Shown piece by piece: positions 57,481 through 64,000 of a stretch of 64,000 nucleotides of DNA. Source of the stretch: Campylobacteraceae bacterium (lineage in GTDB: Bacteria; Campylobacterota; Campylobacteria; Campylobacterales; Sulfurovaceae); contig JALVTH010000068.1 of NCBI GenBank assembly GCA_027036015.1, forward strand, positions 4,730 to 68,729, written 5' to 3'. The notes beneath the pieces are model-generated. The model had not been told where the DNA came from. It did no database searches and was given only the letters and a program-made list of their open reading frames with translations. The position numbers and the translations under genes are program-made. Numbering within the stretch: the first letter of the stretch is position 1; each line of letters opens with the position of its first letter.

Positions 57481-58814
57481 TAAGCCCCGTTATTCATAAT
57501 TGAGAGAAAATCTTTATTGCTTTTTGTATCAAGCATCTTTTTATAAAGAAATCTTAATCCCTCTACTTCTTCCATTCCTTGCATTGCATTTCTTAGAGCC
57601 CAAACTTTATGCAATACATCTGGTTCTAATAAAAGTTCTTCTTTTCTTGTTCCAGATTTTGTAATATCAATTGCTGGATAGACTCTTCTATCAGCAATAT
57701 AGCGGCTAAGCACAATTTCTGAGTTTCCTGTTCCTTTAAACTCTTCAAAAATTACCTCATCCATTTTTGAACCAGTCTCAATAAGTGCAGTTGCAACAAT
57801 AGTTAAACTACCGCCATTTTCAATATTTCTTGCCGCACCAAAAAAGCGCTTTGGTTTATGCAATGCATTAGCATCAACTCCACCCGACAAAACTTTTCCA
57901 GAACTTGGAGTTACAGTATTATAAGCTCTTGCCAAACGCGTAATAGAATCAAGTAAAATAACAACATCTTCACCAAGCTCTACCCTTCTTTTTGCCCGCT
58001 CAATAACCATCTCTGCTGTTCGAACATGGTTTTGTGCTGGCATATCAAAAGTAGAACTATAAACTTCTCCTTTTACGGAGCGCTGCATATCAGTAACCTC
58101 TTCTGGTCGCTCATCAATTAAAAGCACCATCAAGGTAACTTCTGGGTTATTATGTGTAATTCCATGTGCAATCTCTTTTAAAAGCTCCGTTTTTCCTGTT
58201 CTTGGAGGTGCAACAATTAAAGAACGCTGACCTTTACCAATTGGAACAAATAAATCAATAACGCGCCCTGTTAATTTTACTGGATTATATTCAAGCTTTA
58301 ATTGCTCTTGAGGATATAATGGAGTTAAGTTATCAAAAAGTGGGCGCTCTTTGGCTTGCTCTGGCGGCATATAGTTAATGGCTTCAATTTTTAAAAGTGC
58401 ATAATACTTTTCTTGATCTTTTGGCTCTCTTACTTGCCCAGTGATTATATCTCCATTTCTTAGAGCAAAGCGCTTAATTTGTGTAGAGCTTACATATGTA
58501 TCGTTAATTGAGTTAGCAAAGTTGCCATCAATTGAGCGTAAAAATCCATAACCATCTGGCATAATCTCTAATATACCAGTATATAAAATATAGCCGCCTT
58601 GACTTACTTGGGACTTTAAAATCTCAAAAATTAAATCTTTTCTTTGAAATTCATTTGGGTTATTAACATTTAGCTCTTGCGCTATTTTTACCAACTCTTC
58701 AAGTGGCTTTTCTTGAAGTTCTTCTAAGGTATACCCTTCTACCGGGATATGGGTTCTTTGATGCTGTTTCTTCCCATTAGTAGTTGTTTTTTGTTTTGTT
58801 GTTGTATCGCTCAT
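57480..58814 (-). CDS. rho: Transcription termination factor Rho
   Basis: 444 aa with a Rho N-terminal/CSD RNA-binding region (GYGFLR), Walker A APPRTGKT and [10 protein letters not shown]. Confidence 0.96.
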   Translation of the reverse strand: MSDTTTKQKTTTNGKKQHQRTHIPVEGYTLEELQEKPLEELVKIAQELNVNNPNEFQRKDLIFEILKSQVSQGGYILYTGILEIMPDGYGFLRSIDGNFANSINDTYVSSTQIKRFALRNGDIITGQVREPKDQEKYYALLKIEAINYMPPEQAKERPLFDNLTPLYPQEQLKLEYNPVKLTGRVIDLFVPIGKGQRSLIVAPPRTGKTELLKEIAHGITHNNPEVTLMVLLIDERPEEVTDMQRSVKGEVYSSTFDMPAQNHVRTAEMVIERAKRRVELGEDVVILLDSITRLARAYNTVTPSSGKVLSGGVDANALHKPKRFFGAARNIENGGSLTIVATALIETGSKMDEVIFEEFKGTGNSEIVLSRYIADRRVYPAIDITKSGTRKEELLLEPDVLHKVWALRNAMQGMEEVEGLRFLYKKMLDTKSNKDFLSIMNNGA

Positions 58815-58886
58815 GCATCCTCTTATAAAATTTGGAGATTTTAACTTATTTTAGAAGTAAGCTAAATCTTGCTTTGTAGTGAGCTA

Positions 58887-58892
58887 ATTTTA
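58887..58892 (-). promoter_or_regulatory. Possible -10 box (TAAAAT) for rho, within a tandem AGAGTAAAA x2 repeat
   Basis: The minus strand reads AAGAGTAAAAAGAGTAAAATTAGC, about 70 nt upstream of the rho ATG. Confidence 0.3.
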
Positions 58893-58906
58893 CTCTTTTT
58901 ACTCTT

Positions 58907-58938
58907 AAAAAAAAATTAGAAAAGCCTCATTTGAGGCT
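58907..58938 (-). terminator. Intrinsic terminator of the Crp/Fnr gene
   Basis: Hairpin AGCCTCA..TGAGGCT (58923-58938) overlaps the TGA stop codon. On the minus strand it is followed by UUUUCUAAUUUUUUUUU. Confidence 0.55.
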
Positions 58939-59601
58939 ATGAAGTTTTTCTAAAACCTTTTTTGCATTTTTAATAATAAGTTTTCTTTTCTCTTTGGCAA
59001 TAATACCCTCATTTTCCAAATCTTTTAAGTGTCTATCAACAATATGGCGCACTGTTCCAATTAAATTGGCAATTTCGGCATGGGAGAGTTTATCTAAAAG
59101 TGAAACTCCTCTTGCTTCTAAACTCTCTAAATTTTTTAAAAGCAGTTTAAGGAGTCTTGTTTTTGTATCATAAAGCGATAAATCAATAGCTAAATTTTCA
59201 ACACTTCGCATTTGATTAGCCATATATTTATAGATAAGATTTTCAAATGATGGAAAACGATTAATCCACTCTCTAACTTTCTCTAAAGGAAATTGTACTG
59301 CTTTGCCATTTTCTAAAACATCAACTGCAAGTTCATGGGGTTTATTATCAAGTAAAGGCACAACATCAAACATATCTCCAGTTGTAAGGAGATAAAGCAC
59401 TTGCTCACGCCCCGTTTCAAAATTGATATCATAGACTTTTAACTTACCACTTAAAATAACATAAAAATATTTTAATGTCGTTTCACTATCAATTGGATTG
59501 TTTTCTTTACTAAAATCTATAATATTTCCATATTGTGAAAACTCTTGCTGCAATTTTTCATTAGCAACATCAAAATTTTTAAGTAACTGGGGTGTTTGCA
59601 T
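58927..59601 (-). CDS. Crp/Fnr-family transcriptional regulator (cysteine-free, not an FNR-type Fe-S sensor)
   Basis: 224 aa with an N-terminal cNMP-binding-like beta-roll and a C-terminal HTH (LSHAEIANLIGTVRHIVDRHLKDL). There are no Cys residues. Confidence 0.8.
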   Translation of the reverse strand: MQTPQLLKNFDVANEKLQQEFSQYGNIIDFSKENNPIDSETTLKYFYVILSGKLKVYDINFETGREQVLYLLTTGDMFDVVPLLDNKPHELAVDVLENGKAVQFPLEKVREWINRFPSFENLIYKYMANQMRSVENLAIDLSLYDTKTRLLKLLLKNLESLEARGVSLLDKLSHAEIANLIGTVRHIVDRHLKDLENEGIIAKEKRKLIIKNAKKVLEKLHSLK

Positions 59602-59620
59602 ATTGATTCCTTAAAAAAAT

Positions 59621-60142
59621 TTAATGAATTGTATCATAATTTATTGGCCGAATGCAAAGAAATTTATTAAGAGGAAAAGGGGTTTTTCTATATTGAATAT
59701 TTGTAAAGAAAATATTAACGGTATTGCCTAAATTATCTTTATAGGCAATTTGCGTTACTTGCCCTTTCTTGTTAACTACAATCGTGTAATATTTTCCTTT
59801 ATATTTTGTAACATACGTATTACCTTTATATTGTTTGGCTTTTGCTAAAATTTTTGCTAAATTTACTCCTTTTTCTATCGTATAATACTCAGCTTGCTCT
59901 AAGTCGTGATCAATAATTACTAACTTTCCATCACTACTACAAACTTCTTTTTTAGTTGGAGAGTTATAATACCATTTTGTCGTATCTGGAGCATTAAAAT
60001 AGATAACTCCTCTGTAACGAATAATTTTTCCCTTTGGATTTTTGATTTGTTGCATAAAATTGGCTTTAAACGCTTCTGGAATAATTATAGGATTTGCTAA
60101 AACAAATAAAGTTGCTAAAAGAAAAAAAAGTATTTTTTTCAT
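59621..60142 (-). CDS. lolA: LolA-like periplasmic lipoprotein carrier
   Basis: Signal peptide MKKILFFLLATLFVLA and about 170 aa. It diverges from secA as in other Campylobacterota. The start at 60142 has SD GGAAAGG. Confidence 0.6.
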   Translation of the reverse strand: MKKILFFLLATLFVLANPIIIPEAFKANFMQQIKNPKGKIIRYRGVIYFNAPDTTKWYYNSPTKKEVCSSDGKLVIIDHDLEQAEYYTIEKGVNLAKILAKAKQYKGNTYVTKYKGKYYTIVVNKKGQVTQIAYKDNLGNTVNIFFTNIQYRKTPFPLNKFLCIRPINYDTIH

Positions 60143-60281
60143 TGATAACCTTTCCAAAAAATTTTTATCATTGTAGCTTTTTTTTGTAAACAAAGTGTAA
60201 AAGTAGTACAATTTCAAATTATTATCCTTAATATAATTTTAGATAAAATAAGAAAAACTAACATAAAAGGTAAGAGAATAG

Positions 60282-62894
60282 ATGCTACAAGTATTCACAA
60301 AAGTTTTTGGAACTGCAAATGATCGAATGATTAAAAAATATAAAAAAAGAGTAGCAATTATTAACTCTTTAGAGAAAAAGTATGAAAAATTAAGCGATAG
60401 TGAGCTTCAAAAAGCCTTTTTAGAGCTTAAAGAGGGTGTAAAAAGCGGCGAAAAAAGTTTAGATGATGTGCTTTATGATTCTTTTGCAATCACCAGAGAA
60501 GCAAGTAAAAGAGTCTTAGGAATGCGCCATTTTGATGTGCAACTTATTGGTGGAATGGTATTGCATGAGGGTAAAATTGCTGAGATGAAAACAGGTGAAG
60601 GGAAAACCCTTGTTGCAACTTTAGCTGTTGCCCTTAATGCAATGCTTGGCAAAGGTGTTCATGTTGTTACTGTTAATGATTATTTAGCAAAAAGAGATGC
60701 AACTGATATGGGAAAACTTTATGAGTTTTTAGGATATAGCACAGGTTGTGTTACAAGTGAAATTTATGATGATTTTGAACGTAAAAAACAATATGAATGT
60801 GATATTACATATGGAACTAATAATGAATTTGGTTTTGATTATTTACGTGATAATATGAAAACTTCAAAAGAAGAAAAGGTTCAAAGAGGCCACTATTATG
60901 CAATCGTTGATGAAGTTGACTCTATCTTAATTGATGAAGCAAGAACGCCTTTAATAATTTCAGGACCTACCACTAGAGACCAAAGTCACTACTTAAAAGC
61001 AAATGAAGTAGCTTTGCAACTTGAAAAAGGCGAAGAGATTCCACCAAACAAGCCAGGGGAAGAAAAAAAAGTAACGGGTGATTTTATTGTAGATGAAAAA
61101 AATCGACAAGTAATCCTTACTGAGCAAGGATTAAAAAAAGCTGAAAAACTCTTTGGCGTTGATAACTTATATAAATTAGAAAATGCCATTTTAGCCCACC
61201 ATTTAGAACAAGCTCTAAAAGCACACTATCTTTTTGAAAAAGATGTGCATTATGTTGTAAAAGATGGAGAAATCATAATTGTAGATGAATTTACAGGACG
61301 CCTTAGTGAGGGAAGAAGATTTAGCGAAGGCTTGCATCAAGCCTTAGAAGCTAAAGAAGGCGTTGAGATTAAAGAAGAGTCACAAACCTTAGCCGAAATT
61401 ACTTATCAAAATTACTTTAGAATGTATGAAAAATTAGCAGGAATGACAGGAACTGCGCAAACTGAAGCAACTGAATTTTCAGAAATTTATGGACTTGATG
61501 TTGTCTCAATTCCAACAAACAAACCAGTAAGAAGAATTGATAAAAATGATTTAATTTTCAATACCGAAGAAGAAAAACTTGATGCTGTCATTGCAAAAGT
61601 AAAAGAGTATCACGCCAAAGGACAACCTGTATTAATTGGAACTGCTTCAATTGAAAAGAGTGAATTAATTCACGAGCGTCTTAAAAAAGAAAAAATCCCT
61701 CACAACGTCTTAAATGCTAAAAACCACGAGCAAGAAGCAGAAATTATTAAAAAAGCTGGAGCAAAAGGAGCCGTAACTGTTGCAACGAACATGGCTGGAC
61801 GCGGGGTTGATATTAAAATTGATGATGAAGTAAGAGCACTTGGAGGCTTAGCAATTATTGGAACTGAAAGACATGAAAGTAGAAGAATCGATAACCAATT
61901 AAGAGGACGCTCAGGACGCCAAGGAGATCCAGGAGAGAGCCAATTTTTCTTAAGTTTAGACGATAATTTACTTAGAATTTTTGGTGGTGAAAAAATTAGA
62001 AATATTATGCGAAAAATTGGCGTTAAAAAAGGTGAATATATCGATTCTAAACTTGTTACAAGAAGCGTTGAAAGTGCCCAAAAAAAAGTTGAAACAATGC
62101 ATTATGAAGCTAGAAAAAATCTTTTAGAGTATGATGACGTTGCCAACTATCAAAGAAAAACGATTTATAGTTTTAGAGACCAACTTTTAGAGCCAGATTT
62201 TGATATAGAAGCTAAAATTAAAGAAAATAGAGCTGAAGTAATTAACTTTTTAATGCAAGATTGCGAAATACTTGAAGGGCTCCCTCAAGAAGATTACAAT
62301 TTAGATTGTCTTATTAAAGCTTTAATAGAAGTTACTGGAATAGAATTTCCAAAAGAGCTTTTAGAGAAAAAAGATGCAAAAGAGATAAAAGAGTTTTTAC
62401 TTGAGACTTTAGAAAAACTCTACGAAGAAAAAATGTCTATATTTGACGACAAACAGAGAAGAGAGATAGAAAAACTCATTTACCTTCAAACGCTCGATAA
62501 TTTATGGCGCGATCACTTATATGAAATGGATACACTAAAAACTGGAATTCATTTACGAGGATACAACCAAAAAGATCCATTGACTGAATATAAACAAGAG
62601 AGTTTCCACCTTTTTGAAAATCTTATTCGACGAATCAAAATAGAATCAATCAAACTTATACATAGAGTAGAATTTAATTTTGAAGCTTTAGAGCAAAATC
62701 AAAACCAAATGCAAGAAGAGACACAACAAAATCAAATTTCTAAACAAAATAATAATCAAAGCCAAACAAAGGAAGGGAAAAAACCTCTTCTTGGGAAAAA
62801 ACCTAAAAGAAACGAACCATGCCCATGCGGAAGTGGAAAAAAATATAAACATTGCTGTGGCAAAAGTGGACCTAAAAAAGGAATTCTTGCTTAA
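60282..62894 (+). CDS. secA: Preprotein translocase ATPase SecA
   Basis: 870 aa with [22 protein letters not shown] and the C-terminal zinc motif [14 protein letters not shown]. Confidence 0.97.
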   Translation: MLQVFTKVFGTANDRMIKKYKKRVAIINSLEKKYEKLSDSELQKAFLELKEGVKSGEKSLDDVLYDSFAITREASKRVLGMRHFDVQLIGGMVLHEGKIAEMKTGEGKTLVATLAVALNAMLGKGVHVVTVNDYLAKRDATDMGKLYEFLGYSTGCVTSEIYDDFERKKQYECDITYGTNNEFGFDYLRDNMKTSKEEKVQRGHYYAIVDEVDSILIDEARTPLIISGPTTRDQSHYLKANEVALQLEKGEEIPPNKPGEEKKVTGDFIVDEKNRQVILTEQGLKKAEKLFGVDNLYKLENAILAHHLEQALKAHYLFEKDVHYVVKDGEIIIVDEFTGRLSEGRRFSEGLHQALEAKEGVEIKEESQTLAEITYQNYFRMYEKLAGMTGTAQTEATEFSEIYGLDVVSIPTNKPVRRIDKNDLIFNTEEEKLDAVIAKVKEYHAKGQPVLIGTASIEKSELIHERLKKEKIPHNVLNAKNHEQEAEIIKKAGAKGAVTVATNMAGRGVDIKIDDEVRALGGLAIIGTERHESRRIDNQLRGRSGRQGDPGESQFFLSLDDNLLRIFGGEKIRNIMRKIGVKKGEYIDSKLVTRSVESAQKKVETMHYEARKNLLEYDDVANYQRKTIYSFRDQLLEPDFDIEAKIKENRAEVINFLMQDCEILEGLPQEDYNLDCLIKALIEVTGIEFPKELLEKKDAKEIKEFLLETLEKLYEEKMSIFDDKQRREIEKLIYLQTLDNLWRDHLYEMDTLKTGIHLRGYNQKDPLTEYKQESFHLFENLIRRIKIESIKLIHRVEFNFEALEQNQNQMQEETQQNQISKQNNNQSQTKEGKKPLLGKKPKRNEPCPCGSGKKYKHCCGKSGPKKGILA

Positions 62895-64000
62895 TGAATG
62901 ATAGTTATAGTTTTGCTTTTATTAAAAAATTTATAAAACATTATTTAAAATATGATAAAGATAATCCATTTATCTTTATATCTGCAATGTTAGCCCTCCT
63001 TGGCATTGCCATGGGTGTAATGGTTTTAATGGTGGCAATGGGGGTTACAAATGGAACACAAAAAGAGTTTAAAAAGCGTCTTTTTGTCATGAATTATCCT
63101 TTAACATTAGTCTCTTACGATACCAATGGAATTTCTCAAGCTCTTATTGATAAAATTCATCAAAAATTTCCAGATCTTATAATGAGCCCATATTTTGTAA
63201 CACAAGTTATCGCTAAAAATGCCGATAGTGTCAATGGTGCAATTTTATATGGCGTTGATTTTAAACAAGAAGCAAAAATAAATTCTATTTTTAAAAAAGC
63301 TTATCAAGAAATAAAAGATAAAAACTACTCTAAATTTAGCATTATTACAGGAGATGATTTATTAACAGCTTTAGGGGCAAAAAGAGGAGAAAAAGTTACA
63401 CTTTTTTTCTCACAAAATCAAGCAAGTGGTTTTGGAACGTTACCTTTGCAAAAACGCTTTCAAGTTATTAGCACTTTTGATTCAGGCTTAACAGCTTATG
63501 ATAAAGGAATTATTTATACAACAAAGCAAGCTTTTGTTAAAATTTTTAAAAAAAGCCCTACAACTTTTGATGGAGTGCACATTTTTAGCAAGAAACCTAT
63601 GCAAATAATTGATAAAATTAAAGCAATTTTACCAAGTAATGTTGGAATTGAGGGATGGTGGCAGCAAAATGGCGGTTTTTTTAGGGCAATGCAAATGGAA
63701 AAAAAAGCTCTTTTTTTAGTTTTACTTTTAATTATTTTAGTTGCCTCACTTAATATTATCTCTTCTCTTTTAATGACCGTTATGAGTCGAAGAAGCGAAA
63801 TTGCCCTTATGCGAACGCTTGGAGCAACAAAACAAGAGGTAAAAAATATTTTTTTCTATCTTGGAATTATTTTAGGTGGAGTTGGAATTATAATTGGAAC
63901 AATTTTAGGACTCTTTTTAATTTGGCTTTTAACACACTATAACATCATTACTTTACCAGCTGACGTATATGGAACTTCTAAATTGCCAATTGATTTGCCA
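62894..64000 (+). CDS. LolC/LolE-family lipoprotein-releasing ABC transporter permease, 5' part (runs off the window end)
   Basis: Not in the ORF track because no stop falls in the window. The ATG overlaps the secA stop (TAATG). Translation [37 protein letters not shown].. includes a periplasmic domain and an FtsX-type TM region (ALMRTLGATKQEV). Confidence 0.8.
   Translation, partial: MNDSYSFAFIKKFIKHYLKYDKDNPFIFISAMLALLGIAMGVMVLMVAMGVTNGTQKEFKKRLFVMNYPLTLVSYDTNGISQALIDKIHQKFPDLIMSPYFVTQVIAKNADSVNGAILYGVDFKQEAKINSIFKKAYQEIKDKNYSKFSIITGDDLLTALGAKRGEKVTLFFSQNQASGFGTLPLQKRFQVISTFDSGLTAYDKGIIYTTKQAFVKIFKKSPTTFDGVHIFSKKPMQIIDKIKAILPSNVGIEGWWQQNGGFFRAMQMEKKALFLVLLLIILVASLNIISSLLMTVMSRRSEIALMRTLGATKQEVKNIFFYLGIILGGVGIIIGTILGLFLIWLLTHYNIITLPADVYGTSKLPIDLP

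Overview
Bottom line: I found no convincing novel multi-gene system in this window. It is a densely packed, AT-rich segment of core chromosome with about 65 protein genes, mostly in translationally coupled operons. I judged AT-richness by eye and did not compute G+C. Gene content and order point to a Campylobacterota (epsilonproteobacterial) genome; the genus cannot be determined from the sequence alone. The lineage evidence is: a futalosine-pathway radical-SAM gene (mqnC-like), a long-form trmB followed by an FN3 (FlpA-like) gene and rluD, the lolA / secA / lolC arrangement, ctpA-purC next to clpB, and extended -10 promoters of the TGnTAnAAT type.

The content is almost entirely housekeeping:
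- Translation: rpsB, tsf, rpmH, rnpA, tyrS, trpS, mnmE, der, engB, trmB, rluD, rlmH, dus.
- Envelope: rlpA, kdsC, lptC, lptA, mrdA, amiA, ftsEX plus an EnvC-like gene, kdsA, murI, lolA, lolC/E, yidC, secA.
- DNA repair: recN, recG, and a Pif1-like helicase.
- Stress and transcription: clpB, spoT, rpoZ, dksA, nusB, rho, and a Crp/Fnr regulator.
- Metabolism: purC, nadK, hisB, fabI, pyrH, ribH, mqnC, a beta-carbonic anhydrase, and a fused hydantoinase/oxoprolinase.

I found no rRNA, tRNA, CRISPR array, transposase, integrase, prophage or recognisable defence genes.

The best leads are single-gene or regulatory oddities:
- A ribosomal protein S2 with an approximately 115-residue acidic plus helix-hairpin-helix C-terminal tail, behind a GC-rich structured leader.
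- A periplasmic cytochrome c with three tandem E-x-N-A-T (PglB-type) sequons encoded by a 21-nt tandem repeat.
- An rnpA gene with no canonical start codon.
- A Pif1-family helicase that begins directly after the tsf terminator.
- A eukaryote-style fused 5-oxoprolinase inside the recG operon.
- A small polytopic membrane protein coupled to PBP2, possibly an MreD analogue.
- An ATPase-less DUF234 protein whose ribosome-binding site and start codon lie in a GC hairpin.

All functional calls come from motif recognition by eye. No database search was run.
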